A stretch of DNA of 64,000 nt from an uncultured Phycisphaerales bacterium (GCA_963844715.1 CAWJPJ010000008.1:64001-128000), one strand, 5' to 3'; shown: positions 31,697-43,374, numbered from the stretch's first letter. Numbers and translations are program-made. The notes: generated by a model not told the origin, from the letters alone.

Positions 31697-32243
31697 CGGT
31701 CAAGCACTTTCCGGTTTGTTGGTCCAACTCCCGCCTGCGCCTTGCGCAAAATTCCGGCGGGCTAAATTCTAGGCTCCCTCTCTGCACAAAATTTGGACAG
31801 TTGGCGACGCACGCCATCCGGGGCCCACTTCCTTGAGGCCGACCGCAAAACACTGCCCAATTTCAACGGCTGAACACTCTGCTGGGCAAGCGGAGACGAA
31901 CCGTTACCAGCTACATCGGATGTATCCGCCCTCTTCGATAAGTGCGTTCACAGCCAAAAGTAGCCTTAATTCGCCTCCCAGGGACTTCGTATTAAAACCC
32001 TAGCGGGCTGGAAGTCAATGAGCAAAAATTTCTTCTGGCTTACCCACCTTTCGTAAATCCTTATCCGTCCATACCGAACAAACGATATGGGCTCTCTGGA
32101 CTGCCCGTTCCGCAAATGTGATACCGCACGGCCAAACCGCCAATAATTTGTCCGCCTCAGTTCTGCGCATTGCACACCCATTAAGCATTCATTAGCAACG
32201 GCAAAAATTGCACGATGCATCATCGCCGGATAAGTTCGGGTTA

Positions 32244-32732
32244 ATGCCTCCCCCGGTTCCAGTCATTTATTCCCCACGTGTCGTGGTCGAGCGCCTCTCC
32301 CTCTTCGGCCGAGCGACCGCCCTGGCGTCGTCCGTCGGGTGTCTAGCCCTGCTGATCACCGCGGCAAAGCTCATCCCCAGCCCAACCGGCGTCGGCACGC
32401 ATACCGAGCTGACCATGCCCCCCTGCGCCTTCCTGGCCCGGACCGGCGTCCCATGCCCAACCTGTGGAATGACAACGAGTTTCGCCTGGTTCGTCCGGGG
32501 TAATTGGCTGGCGAGCTTCTACGTCCAGCCGATGGGATTCGTCCTGGCGATGCTGGCCGTCGCCGTCTTCTGGGCGGGGCTTTATATCGCCGTCAGCGGC
32601 AGGGGGATCCATCGTTTGCTTCGCTTCATCCCGCCCCGGTATTATGGTGTCCCGCTGACGACCTGGGCGATCCTCGCCTGGGCCTGGAAGATATATATCC
32701 ATTTGCACGGCCTGGATGGCTGGAGCAGCTAG
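32244..32732 (+). CDS. DUF2752-like membrane protein
   Basis: GTH.EL..PPC, TGVPCPTCGMTTSF. Confidence 0.8.
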   Translation: MPPPVPVIYSPRVVVERLSLFGRATALASSVGCLALLITAAKLIPSPTGVGTHTELTMPPCAFLARTGVPCPTCGMTTSFAWFVRGNWLASFYVQPMGFVLAMLAVAVFWAGLYIAVSGRGIHRLLRFIPPRYYGVPLTTWAILAWAWKIYIHLHGLDGWSS

Positions 32733-32755
32733 AGCAGTTTCCTAACCCGCCGGTT

Positions 32756-33454
32756 GTGAGGAATCGTTTGGACAGCCCGTCGCTCGATCGCGGAACTCTT
32801 GCCGCCTGCTGCCGATCAATTGTTTTGCTCGGCCTGCTGATCCTTCCGGCCGGCTGCAACGCCGTCGGCGCCGTCGCCAATGCAGTTCCCGAACCCATGG
32901 TCGCCGCCGCGTATGGCGGACTGAAAAATCAGCATGTGGCCGTCATGGTCTGGGCCGATAGCGCGACGACGTCCGATCATCCGACCATCGAAGCCGACAT
33001 TGCCAAGACGTTGTCCGGAAATCTCCAGGAAGCGGCCGACGCGGGGTGTGGGGACGTCAAAAACATTCAATGGATCGGGGTCGACCGGATTCTTCGCTTT
33101 CAGGAGGATCATCCCGAGATGGAGACTGATGCCGCCGAGGACGTGGCCCTCCGATTGCCCGTCCCCGCGACGAGGCTGATCTACATCGAGGTCGCCGCGT
33201 TCTCCCTTCATTCCGACGAGGCCGTCGATCTCACCCGCGGCTCGGCGACGATCAACATCAAAGTCATCGAAATCGCCGCAGGCAAGGCGACCGTGGCTTA
33301 TCAGGAGGACAACATCAACGTCATCTATCCCTCGGATGCGCCGCCGGAAGGATTGCCCGGCTTGGACGAGGATCACGTCTATCACGAAACGATCAAGGCC
33401 GTCGGCGACGAGATCGGCAAGCGCTTCGTCAGCCATGAATCGGATGTTCAATGA
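32756..33454 (+). CDS. Putative lipoprotein
   Basis: Lipobox-like LPAGC; resembles the next gene. Confidence 0.7.
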   Translation: MRNRLDSPSLDRGTLAACCRSIVLLGLLILPAGCNAVGAVANAVPEPMVAAAYGGLKNQHVAVMVWADSATTSDHPTIEADIAKTLSGNLQEAADAGCGDVKNIQWIGVDRILRFQEDHPEMETDAAEDVALRLPVPATRLIYIEVAAFSLHSDEAVDLTRGSATINIKVIEIAAGKATVAYQEDNINVIYPSDAPPEGLPGLDEDHVYHETIKAVGDEIGKRFVSHESDVQ

Positions 33455-34119
33455 GTAAGATTTGGTCCATTCTGTTCGGCGGTATTTGTGCGGCGACGCT
33501 GCTCGCGGCAGGGGGGTGCCAGGCCGCCGGGGCCGCGGCATACGCCGGTACGCCGCCGGACACGATCAAAGCTCAATACGTCCTGCCCAAGGCGCCGACC
33601 CTCGTCCTGGTCGAAAGCTACGGCAACGCCGGGGAGGCGACACTCTATGCCGATCAACTCGGCGTCGCCCTCGTCCGGCAGCTCAAGGACCATCAGGTCG
33701 GACAGGAAGTCGATCCCCAACTCCTCGCGAAACTGCGCGAGGACGACACCGAAAAATACGACAAGATGACCATTGACGGCATCGGCCGCGCACTCGGCGC
33801 AAAACAGGTCATCTACGTCAACGTCATTCGTGCCGAACTGGAAGACCCCTCCGGCAGCGCCTCGGCTCGCGGCGACATCGACTGCATCGTCCGCGTCGTC
33901 GATGCCGCCACCGGCGAAACCCGCTGGCCTCCCGAAGCCTCGGATGGGCAACTCATCCAGATCCAAACCCCCTGGCTCCACAGCGATGCACCGATCCCCA
34001 CGCGGCCTGATGTCCATCAGGACATGGTCCAACGCACCGCCGACGCCGTCGCCAAGCTCTTCTATGAGTGGGAACCGGATTCCCCCATCCAGGAAACACC
34101 CCAGCCCGCCCCCGAATAG
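33451..34119 (+). CDS. Putative lipoprotein
   Basis: Lipobox-like AGGC; ATGA overlap with the previous gene. Confidence 0.75.
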   Translation: MSKIWSILFGGICAATLLAAGGCQAAGAAAYAGTPPDTIKAQYVLPKAPTLVLVESYGNAGEATLYADQLGVALVRQLKDHQVGQEVDPQLLAKLREDDTEKYDKMTIDGIGRALGAKQVIYVNVIRAELEDPSGSASARGDIDCIVRVVDAATGETRWPPEASDGQLIQIQTPWLHSDAPIPTRPDVHQDMVQRTADAVAKLFYEWEPDSPIQETPQPAPE

Positions 34120-34128
34120 ACCGTAAGA

Positions 34129-34683
34129 CTAACCCTGAAACGCCGGCGGCTGGGGCTGATGGCCGTGTTGCATCTCGTCCCCCTTGGCGTGACGCAGCGC
34201 ACCGCCATACAAGTCGAGATAGAAGTAGAGCAGTTCCTTGTTTCCAACCAGCCGGCTGGTCTCGTGGCGGAACCGGAATTTCTTGAACACCCGGATCGCC
34301 AGCTCGCGATCCATGAACGTATCGAGCGTCATCTTCAGATACTGGTTTTCCTGACAGAATTTCAGCGCGGTTTCCACCAGACCCGACCCGATTCCCCGGC
34401 GGCGAAAGTCATGAGCCACCCGCAAGCGCCGAATCTGCCCGGCGCTCTCCTCCTCATAATGCTGCACGCCGACCATCCCAACGATCTGACTTGTCTCGAT
34501 TTCTGCCACCCAGAAATGATTCCCCGGCGCATGCATGTAGACCGCTTCGATATTGTCGATATCCGCCCCGGTGTCGTTTTCCGCCAAATGACCGCCGTTG
34601 AGCCCGCCTTCATCGTAAAGATTTCGGCAGGCCCGCAGATCTTCGGGCTGAAAACTACGGATTTTCCAGGTTGGTTGCGGCAC
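34129..34683 (-). CDS. GNAT N-acetyltransferase
   Basis: RRLRVAHDFRRRGIGSGL. Confidence 0.85.
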   Translation of the reverse strand: MPQPTWKIRSFQPEDLRACRNLYDEGGLNGGHLAENDTGADIDNIEAVYMHAPGNHFWVAEIETSQIVGMVGVQHYEEESAGQIRRLRVAHDFRRRGIGSGLVETALKFCQENQYLKMTLDTFMDRELAIRVFKKFRFRHETSRLVGNKELLYFYLDLYGGALRHAKGDEMQHGHQPQPPAFQG

Positions 34684-34730
34684 GGTTCGCCTATTCTAGC
34701 ACCGCTCAATGCCGCCCGGAGCGCGCCCTT

Positions 34731-35218
34731 TCAAATATTCACAGGCAGATGTTGAAGTACGTCCGTCTGGAGGTCGAGCACCGCCACCGATTTTCGCGCC
34801 GCGCGATACAGCGCCCCGGGATTGATCACCCGAAGTTTTCCCGACCGGTCGTCCCGGGCGACGTGTGTATGTCCATGCAGGAGATAGTCATGCGTGTTTC
34901 CGCTGATGATCCGCCGCATGATCTGGTGGTCGTGCCCGTGGGTGAGGGCGATGATCTTCCCGTCGAGTTGCAATTCCGCAAGATCGCCCCGGCAATCGAC
35001 CCCCAATCCCGCCGCATACGCGCCAGCTCCTCGCGATTGAAATCCGTATTGCCCCAGACAAAGATCACTTTTTCCCCCGCCATGAGATCGATCACCCGCT
35101 GCCCGCCGACGTCTCCGCAGTGGAGGAAGATCTCCGCGCCATTTCTGCGCAAAACCTCCATCCCCGCCGCCATCGCTTCCACCCGGTCGTGCGTGTCGCT
35201 GAGAATTCCGATCCGCAT
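34731..35218 (-). CDS. YfcE-like metallophosphoesterase (frameshift near 35015)
   Basis: SDTHD, HCGD, GNTD, HGHTH, INPG. Confidence 0.88.
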
Positions 35219-35243
35219 GGCAATCAGAGCATTTTAATTAGCT

Positions 35244-36017
35244 CTACAGTCGTCGCAAATGAAACCCGCCGTCCACATGGATCACTTCGCCGGTGCTGTA
35301 AGGGAGCAAATCGCGCGCAATGGCGCAAACGGCCCGCGCCACGTCCTCCGGCTTGCCCCACCTGGGTATCGGGTTGATCTTGTCCTGCAAGATTAACTGA
35401 TCGTACTTCGCCTTAACCGCGGCCGTCATGTCCGTTTCTACAATCCCCGGACGAATTTCATAAACATTGATCCCGTGCTCGGCCAATCGCGCGGCGTAAA
35501 GCTTCGTCATCATCGCCATCCCCGCCTTGGCGACGCAATAATCCCCGCGATTGACGCTCGCCGCCTCGGCGCTGACGGAGGTAATGTTGACGATCTTCGG
35601 CGACCCGATCGGCTTGACGTCGATCATTTTCCGCGCGATAAGCTGCGTGAGAAAATACGGGCCCTTGAGGTTGATCGAGATCAAGCGATCGAAGCTCTCC
35701 TCCGTGGCTTCGAGAATATCCGCGCGGGCCGTGGGAGCGACGCCGGCGTTGTTCACCAAAAGATCGATCCGCCCGAAAGCGTTCCAGCCTTCCTCGGCCA
35801 ATCGCTTGCGATCGGCGGGGTTGCTGATGTCCGCCTGGATAACAATCGCCTTTGCCCCCAGCGCCTCGGCTTTCTTTTTGGTTTCCTCAGCCGCGGCGGT
35901 GTTGCCTGCATAATTGATGATCACATTGAACCCATCCCCCGCCAGCCCCAGGGCGATTCCCCGCCCGATCCCGCGCGAGGCTCCCGTGATCAGCGCCGTC
36001 CTCCTTATTTGGCTCAT
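35244..36017 (-). CDS. SDR family oxidoreductase
   Basis: [17 protein letters not shown]. Confidence 0.9.
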   Translation of the reverse strand: MSQIRRTALITGASRGIGRGIALGLAGDGFNVIINYAGNTAAAEETKKKAEALGAKAIVIQADISNPADRKRLAEEGWNAFGRIDLLVNNAGVAPTARADILEATEESFDRLISINLKGPYFLTQLIARKMIDVKPIGSPKIVNITSVSAEAASVNRGDYCVAKAGMAMMTKLYAARLAEHGINVYEIRPGIVETDMTAAVKAKYDQLILQDKINPIPRWGKPEDVARAVCAIARDLLPYSTGEVIHVDGGFHLRRL

Positions 36018-36836
36018 GACTTGCGCTCCCTACGCGATGTGCCGTCCGTAAAGTCGCAAAATCCCATCCACCAGAATGTACCATCCCAGGCAAAAGGTGA
36101 TGGCATAAACTATTTTAATGAACAACTGGTCTTTCATGCGACGGTTGATCCATTTTCCAAAATCGCCCCCACCAATACCAGCGGCAGCAACTCCAGGGTC
36201 AATTTCAATTCAAAATGACTGAATTGCCCGCTAAACCAGTAGGCGGGCAGTTTGGCGGTGTTGAGGATGAAAAAATAGACCGCGCACGTCCCGACATAAA
36301 GCTGCCGATCCATCGAAAGGGGCAGCAAATACATCGCAATAATCGGCCCCGCAGCATGCGCCATGGTGGAGCTCGACCGCCGCGAAACCGCCGGTCAGAT
36401 GCGACCGCAGCGGCTCACGCAACAGATGCCGCCGAGATCCGCGCCAGATCCGCCACCAATGCAGCGAAACCAGCAAAACCGATTCAATTCCGATCTCGAT
36501 GCGAATCAGCGCCCCGACAAGATTAGCCTGCCGATGAAGAAACCACAGAAGCACGCCTCCCAGCGCCACCCCCACGGCCGTCCCGGGAAGCAGCTTGATC
36601 ACGTACTGTTTCGCCGGCCCGGCAAAGAAGAGATCCCAATACTGCCACACCGCCAGCAAATCCCCCACGATCAAAAGCGGCAAAAGCAACCCCAGCGCCA
36701 TCTCCGACCCCCGCCCCGGGATATTCCCAAACGCAATCGCCACCATCGGCACGATCATCAGCCCCACACCGCTGCCAAACCCGCTCTTAGTGATCCCGAT
36801 GAGCAGTACCGCCGCGAAAACCAGCACCCACCACAT
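36014..36836 (-). CDS. TauE/SafE family permease (frameshifted)
   Basis: [32 protein letters not shown]. Confidence 0.82.
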
Positions 36837-36929
36837 GGCGCCATAAATACCTTGAAATCGGGCGATTTGCGATTGATTCGGCCGCAAGGGTGCCGGGCCG
36901 GGTGCCCGTGGTATAATCATGCGGCAAAA

Positions 36930-37241
36930 ATGATTTCACTTTTAAAGATTAAATCTGCTGAACTCGCCGACCTATGCCGCACCCATCGCGTCGCCCGTCT
37001 GGAGGTGTTCGGCTCCGCCGCCGGAGACTCCTTCGATCCCCGTCACAGCGATATCGACTTTCTGGTGGAATTCGAACGCGATGTGGATATGGGGCCTTGG
37101 CTCGCGCGCTATTTCGACCTGAGGGAAGACCTCTCCCGCCTGGTCGGGCGCCCCGTCGATTTAGTGATGATCTCCGCCATGAAAAACCCCTACTTCGTGC
37201 GCGAGGTCAACCGTACCCGCGAACTTCTCTATGCAGCCTAA
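36930..37241 (+). CDS. Minimal nucleotidyltransferase (MntA-like antitoxin)
   Basis: VFGSAA...SDIDFLVEF, GRPVDLV. Confidence 0.88.
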   Translation: MISLLKIKSAELADLCRTHRVARLEVFGSAAGDSFDPRHSDIDFLVEFERDVDMGPWLARYFDLREDLSRLVGRPVDLVMISAMKNPYFVREVNRTRELLYAA

Positions 37242-37578
37242 GACCCCAAAGCTGCTGGCGGACATCCTCGACGCGACCCGATTTATCCTGGATTCCGTGC
37301 AGGCCAAAACACTCGAAGACTACCGTGCCAACCGAGCGCTACGTCAGGCGATCGAACGGAATTTCGAAATCATCGGAGAGGCGGTCAATCGACTCGGCCG
37401 CATCGATCCATCCGTAGCTGCCAAAATTTCCAACAGCGCTCGCATTGTCGCATTCCGAAACTTGCTGATCCATGGATATGACCTCATCGACGACAAGGAA
37501 GTGTGGCAGGTCATCACCGGTTCGCTACCCACGCTTCTGGCCGAAATTCAGGCGTTGCTGCCGCCGGCGCAGCCTTAA
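37231..37578 (+). CDS. DUF86/HepT-like HEPN toxin
   Basis: ERNFEIIGEA, FRNLLIHGY. Confidence 0.9.
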   Translation: MQPKTPKLLADILDATRFILDSVQAKTLEDYRANRALRQAIERNFEIIGEAVNRLGRIDPSVAAKISNSARIVAFRNLLIHGYDLIDDKEVWQVITGSLPTLLAEIQALLPPAQP

Positions 37579-37669
37579 GAAAAAGGGCCATTTGAACACA
37601 TGGCCAATGGATGACGGCACGCGGCGGTCGTCGCCGCGTAGCGGGTCGCCAAACGGTACAATTCCCGGC

Positions 37670-38391
37670 GTGATGGGCGCAGAACATTCCCAATTCGCCG
37701 CCACGCGCTGGACCATCGTCCTCGCCGCCGGCAACTGGCGCGCACGGCTCCGACGCCCGCCGAGCCATGGGCGAACTCGCTTCGCTCTACTGGTTCCCGC
37801 TCTATGCTTATGTCCGTCGAAAGGGGAATCCGCCGGCGCAAGCCGAGGATTTCGTCCAGGGATTTTTCACCCATCTCCTTGAGAAGGATTCCCTCGAGAC
37901 CGTCGATCCGGCCAAAGGAAAATTCCGCTCGTTTCTTCTGGCGTCGCTCAATCATTATCTCGCCAACGAATGGGACAAACAGCGAGCCGCAAAGCGCGGC
38001 GGCGGCAAAAAGATCGTGCCTCTGAACGGCGCCGACGCCGAAGCGCGCTACGCCGCCGAGCCCGTCGATGAGATGACCCCCGAGCGCCTCTTCGAGCGGC
38101 GCTGGGCGCTGGCGGTTCTCGATCAGGTCCTCAAGCGATTGCGCGACGATTATCACGCCCGCGATCAGGATAAAATCTTCGCCGCCCTCGAGCATCTCCT
38201 AATTGGCCAGGATGGCTCGACCTATCCCGACATCGCCGCCAGGCTCAACATGACCGAAGCCGCCGTGAAAGTCGCGGCCCACCGCCTGCGCCGCCGCTAC
38301 CGCGAACTCTTGCGCGACGAAATCGCCCAAACCGTGGCCGATCCGCCGCCTTGTGGATGAGGAAATTCGCCAATTGCTCGCCTCCCTGTAA
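37670..38391 (+). CDS. ECF sigma factor of the kinase-associated type (frameshifts near 37745 and 38345)
   Basis: FAATRWTIVLAA, YWFPLYAYVRR, KGKFRSFLL, AVKVAAHRLRRRY. Confidence 0.88.
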
Positions 38392-41351
38392 CCTTTGGGC
38401 GCCGTTTGCTTTTGTAAAGGGCGACGCAAACGGAGTCGAAAAATGAGCCAACCCAATTCATGCCCGGAATGCGGCGCTCCGCTGCCCGCCAGCGCCCCGC
38501 GCGGACTATGCCCCGCCTGTCTGCTCGAGCGCGGCCTGGAAACCAACACCATCGCCAACCCGACGATGATTCCCCCCACCCAGTGGCTGCCCCCGGCGGT
38601 CGAAGAAGTGGCCGCCCGATTTCCCGAACTCGAGATTCTCCGCCTCATCGGCCGCGGTGGCATGGGCGCCGTCTATCAGGCCCGCCAGAAAAATCTCGAC
38701 CGCGTCGTCGCCCTCAAAATCCTCCCCCCGGAGATGGCCCACGCCCCCGCCTTCGCGCAGCGATTCGCCCGCGAAGCCCAGGCCATGGCGCGCCTCAATC
38801 ACCCCCACATCGTCACCATCTATGAATTCGGCGAGCGCTCCGGCTGGTATTTCTTCATCATGGAATTTGTCGACGGCCTAAATCTGCCGCACGTGCTCAA
38901 TAGCGGCCACATCTCCCCCCAAGAAGCCCTCGCCATCGTCCCCCAGATCTGCGAAGCCCTCCAATACGCACACGAGCACGGCATCGTCCATCGCGACATC
39001 AAACCCGAAAATATTCTCCTCAATAAACAGGGCGACGTGAAGATCGCCGATTTCGGCCTGGTCAAACTGATGGGCCGCGACGCCGCGCCCGAGCCGATCA
39101 TGGGCACCCCCAAATACATGGCCCCCGAGCAGCGCGACCGTCCCACCGAGGTCGATCATCGAGCCGACATCTATTCCCTCGGCGTCGTCTTCTACGAAAT
39201 GCTCACCGGCAAAACACCCGATAAATTGATCGAACCGCCGTCCAGAAAAGTCGTCATCGACGTTCGCCTCGATGAGGTCGTCCTGCGCCCCTGGAAAGGG
39301 AGCCGCGGCGAAGATATCAGCAGGCGAGCGAAGTAAAAACGGTCGTCGAGACCATCGCCGGCGATTCGCCTCATGATTCCACACCCGATCGCTTCGCCGC
39401 CGCCTCCGCACAGACCTCACAGAATCTTTCCCCCTGGTGCCGTCTCGTCGAACTGATGGTTGGAATCCGTTTCACCTCTCCCGTGGCCATCGCTCTGACG
39501 AATTTGTCGGCCCTTGGATTTCTGGGCTTTTTGGGCAATCTTCGCTATCTGGATTCGCTCTGGCCTCCCTTGGCATACTGCGCACATCTCTCCGGCCTGT
39601 TCGGGCTTTTTGGGTTGATCGGCTTCGCCATCGCCATCGAATTCCCCGCCGCGCGCCGCCGCGCAAGGGCAATTCGGGAATCTGGCGGACCGGGTTCCGC
39701 GGGATCAACTTAACGGGCCGTCGGTCGGCTTACTTCTCGTCGGAATCGCCAACTGGCTCTTCCACGTCGCCGCCGTCATTTATTTCGCCCACCGCAATCC
39801 CGCCGCAGCCGGCACTTTGATTCCCATCATCCTCTCCGCATTTGTCTGCGACAGCCTGATCATTCTCGCGGCCCTGAAGATGCGAAATCTCGAACATCGC
39901 GGGTTATGCATCGGCGGCTCCATCCTGGCCCTGGTGACCGCCCCGGGAAATATCATCGGCCTGCCAATCGGAATCTGGTCCCTCGTCGTCCTCAGCCATC
40001 GCGACATCAAAAATGCGTTTGCCCAATCGGTCCAGACTACGCCTCGCGCTGGCCCAGCCCATTCCCACCGCGCCGGCGTCGGCCGCGGCCTTCTCTTTAC
40101 CGCTCGCATCAACGCAACATTCTGGCTCCTCGGCTTCGGCGTCCTGTTTTTCGGCGGGGGCCCGCCCAACCTCCTTCACGAACCCCCGCGCGTTGAATGG
40201 GAATATGCCGGCACGACCCTCATCTTCGCAGGCTTGGCGATCGGATTATTTCCAGCCCGAGTCTCAGCCGACACCTCGCGCGCCGCCCGTCAGCGCCTCC
40301 ATCGCCGCAAGTCTTGTGCTTTCCGGATGGGTGATATTCCTTGTGGCCGAAGGACGAATCCACGCCCTCTGGTGCATCGACTGGGCCGCGCTCATCGCCG
40401 TCTTCTATTTGATTGCCGGTTGGCTGCTCACTCCGTCCAACCGCCGGCGAGCCGTCGCGGCCCTCGTCGCCGCCTCCACTCTCGGAATCGCTTTGACTTA
40501 CGCGTTAACTTACATCTTGGTTTTTGGAGTCTTTGCCTCGCGCCACACCACGCCGCAGGATGTGATTGCGGAAAAAACTCATGCCGGCCTTGCCTGGACG
40601 GAAATGGACAGGGAAACCTCAAGTGACGCTGTCATGCAAAAAATTCAGGCCGGCATTGTCCACCAGCTCGCGGATTCCGGAGCTTCGATCGACACACTCA
40701 TCCTCAACAGCATCGGCGACAGCCAATCCGGCACCTCTTTCGAAGTCACCTATAGCGGTCTGATTCATTTTAAATCCCCCAATGGAACAACCCTCGATCA
40801 TGCGAGCGGCAAATTTGATATGTCCTATATCGGCGGCGGCACATGGCAAGGGTCGCTGGCGGGAATGACGATCACCGTCCAAGTCGCAACCGTCGACAAC
40901 ATCGACCTCCCCTTCATCAACGATCCCGACGCGATCGGCCAGTGGCAGTCCGTCGATTTCGTCGCCGATCCCTCAATGTTCAATCCCGACCATCCAACCT
41001 CCACCGGCAGCTTGTATTTCAAGGGATTGACCTTGCTGGCGGATGGCAAGACGTCCGAGCCGTGGTTTACTTGGACGAGGGGAACCCTCATTCACCACGG
41101 CGACAAAACCGCCAGCCACTATCAGATGCAGGATATCCAAGGGCAAAAATAGGGAATTATATACTTGAGTCCCGTTAGGCTTGCATCGATTTGCTCACGT
41201 CGATACGATTTCCGCAAATAAACGCCGCCCTGACTCACGAGGTCCGGGCGGCAGGGTCGGCCTGTGATAGAGGCCAACCGATGCCTATCGTAGCATCCGT
41301 TGTGATTCCCCTCTACCCTTGTCGTTACCCGCCCAAAAGGGAGTTGGTTTT

Positions 41352-41549
41352 ATGGCAAAGGACAGGGATGTTCCGAAGCCCGATCGGTCTGGCGAATCTC
41401 ATGCAGAGCATTCGGGCGCTAGGCGATTTTCTCGTGGGGATGACATAAAGGCTGGAAGGCCGACCCAAGAGCCGAAACCAGATACCACGGGGAGCAGCGG
41501 GCCGAGGAAAGACGACAGCCAGAATCAGGGCGGGAACAAAGACGAATGA
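41352..41549 (+). CDS. Small hydrophilic peptide (IS passenger)
   Basis: SD-like aaaagggag before ATG; MAKDRDVPKPD...GGNKDE. Confidence 0.5.
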   Translation: MAKDRDVPKPDRSGESHAEHSGARRFSRGDDIKAGRPTQEPKPDTTGSSGPRKDDSQNQGGNKDE

Positions 41550-41550
41550 T

Positions 41551-41946
41551 TTAGACGGAAAACTTGCCGATCAGAAAACTCAATAGGAATCCATACGCCA
41601 CGAGGACGGCCAAGCCCTTCGTCCAGAAAAACGCGATGGATGGCCAGTTGACCTCGCGCCGGACATGGAATTCTATATCTTGATCGTGGCCAAGCTGTTT
41701 CTCCTTGTGCCGATGAATGAATCCCCATGCAAGCGCCCCGTAAGCATATTGCATAAAATCACAGGCCAACGACAAAACGGCCAGCGCGGCGGCGATAATC
41801 AGCGGCGAGGCAACGTGATATCGCCCAGTGGATTCGGACTTGAAAATCCACACAACAGCTAACGCGGCCATGGCCAGTTGGCGAGACAGGTTGCTCATCT
41901 GCGCCGAAAGCTCGTGGTAACATTCCAATGCTCCGCTGAGTTTCAT
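41551..41946 (-). CDS. Three-TM hypothetical membrane protein (IS passenger)
   Basis: 131 aa, three hydrophobic segments, SRQLA..A.AVVWIFK, DFMQY. Confidence 0.75.
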   Translation of the reverse strand: MKLSGALECYHELSAQMSNLSRQLAMAALAVVWIFKSESTGRYHVASPLIIAAALAVLSLACDFMQYAYGALAWGFIHRHKEKQLGHDQDIEFHVRREVNWPSIAFFWTKGLAVLVAYGFLLSFLIGKFSV

Positions 41947-42122
41947 AATGCCTCTTTTCTCATTTCTTTTTTGGACTGTGCGGGCCTCTTACTTTGTTTT
42001 TTCTTGGATCGCTGCCTCGAAGCCATCGCTTCTTGCTTGCGTTTTTTCGGCTTAGTCTTTTTGGGCGGGCGATAGCCAAGAACCACGTCGGTAATCGCGT
42101 CTAGCGCCTTAACATCGGTCAT
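41943..42122 (-). CDS. Small basic protein coupled to the IS1595 transposase
   Basis: Manual translation MTDVKALDAITDVVLGYRPPKKTKPKKRK...EAL*; ATGA overlaps at both ends. Confidence 0.65.
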   Translation of the reverse strand: MTDVKALDAITDVVLGYRPPKKTKPKKRKQEAMASRQRSKKKQSKRPAQSKKEMRKEAL

Positions 42123-43039
42123 GCGATCAGTTCCTTGTATGTGATTCGTTTGCCGGGCGTTGCTTGGACGAAGCTGGCCAGCCGCGAAAGCGTATGGCGA
42201 CGGACGTTACCATCGTTCAGCCTGAACGCAAACTCATCGACATAACGGCCCAAATGTTTTTCGCTGGCGTGGTGGTAAACGCCATGCAGTCCGCGCTTCA
42301 AAACGGCCCATACGCTTTCGATGCTGTTCGTCGTCACTCCGTCTCGGACGTATTCGCCGGTATTGTGATTGATCGTCGCATGCTGGAAGGACGCTTGAGA
42401 GAGTCCGGCGTAGGCGGCGTGCTCATCTGTGTGGATTGTTGAGCCGGGGACGACGTTGGCCATGATTTGCGGTTGGAGGTTCGCCGCATCAGTTCCCTGT
42501 ACATGCACGGCCTTTGTGCGTCCGCCGCGTTCCCGCATACCGATCACTGCCGACTTCCCCACTGTCCCGCGTCCGGCGCGGAGCTTCTTGTCGCCATGCT
42601 TGTTCTTTTCCTTACCGCCGATGTATGTCTCATCGACTTCCACGATTCCCTGTAAAGCGGCCAAATCACCGGCACAGGCTTCCCGCAGACGATGCAGAAC
42701 AAACCACGCTGACTTTTGGGTGATGCTCAATTCCTTGGAAAGCTGGACCGACGAAATACCCTTGCGAGCCGTCACCAGCAGGTACATCGCATAGAGCCAT
42801 TTGTGGAGCGGGACGTGTGACCGCTCAAAGATCGTCCCGGTGCGGACAGTGAAATCCTCCGAGCAAGCGTTGCAGCGGTAGTAGCCGCCCTTGCGGGTCG
42901 TGATCCGTTCGCCGCTTTGGCAATGGGGGCATTTAACGCCGTCCGGCCATAAACGGGCCTCCAGATATTTTCGGGCGGTTTCCTGATCGGGGAACATCTG
43001 GAGGACTTCAAACGTGCTGATCGTGATTCTGTCCTTCAT
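42119..43039 (-). CDS. IS1595 transposase
   Basis: Zn ribbon CPHC...CNAC, VEVDETYIGG, IHTDE, TNSIESVW, YVDEFAFR. Confidence 0.95.
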   Translation of the reverse strand: MKDRITISTFEVLQMFPDQETARKYLEARLWPDGVKCPHCQSGERITTRKGGYYRCNACSEDFTVRTGTIFERSHVPLHKWLYAMYLLVTARKGISSVQLSKELSITQKSAWFVLHRLREACAGDLAALQGIVEVDETYIGGKEKNKHGDKKLRAGRGTVGKSAVIGMRERGGRTKAVHVQGTDAANLQPQIMANVVPGSTIHTDEHAAYAGLSQASFQHATINHNTGEYVRDGVTTNSIESVWAVLKRGLHGVYHHASEKHLGRYVDEFAFRLNDGNVRRHTLSRLASFVQATPGKRITYKELIA

Positions 43040-43374
43040 GCCCAGATTTTACCGGGAATGGTCAAGGGAGTCAAGTATATAATTCCCCAAAAATACATGT
43101 TCCTCGAATGGAAGAGCGGCGACGTAACCATCCTGGGCATGAAGCCATATTATTACGTTCTGAAAAAAGTTGACGTCTCGCAAACCGCCCCAACGACCGA
43201 CTCATCCTCGTCGTACTACCTCCTGAAAAAACTCCCCCCCTCAACATCCGCTCCGGCGAACCAGTGAGAAATGCGAAAACATGGATTTCCCTCGCGCTTA
43301 GATGAGCGTCGCGCTGACATCCGTTCCCCCCTGCCAATCCGCGGAATACGCCGTTCACAAAAATGTGCCACTTA

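Larger units (their letters stand above)
41152..43087 (-). mobile_element. IS1595-family element carrying passenger genes
   Basis: 22-bp IRs GGGAATTATATACTTGAGTCCC / GGGAGTCAAGTATATAATTCCC (1 mismatch); 8-bp duplication CAAAAATA at 41144-51 and 43088-95. Confidence 0.95.
38443..43267 (+). pseudogene. Membrane Ser/Thr protein kinase with extracytoplasmic C-terminus; several indels and an IS1595 insertion
   Basis: CPECG...LCPACL, GRGGMGAVY, HRDIKPEN, DFG, GTPKYMAPE; TM segments 39450-40540; ...DIQGQK|YMFLEWKSGD rejoins in frame across the IS. Confidence 0.85.
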
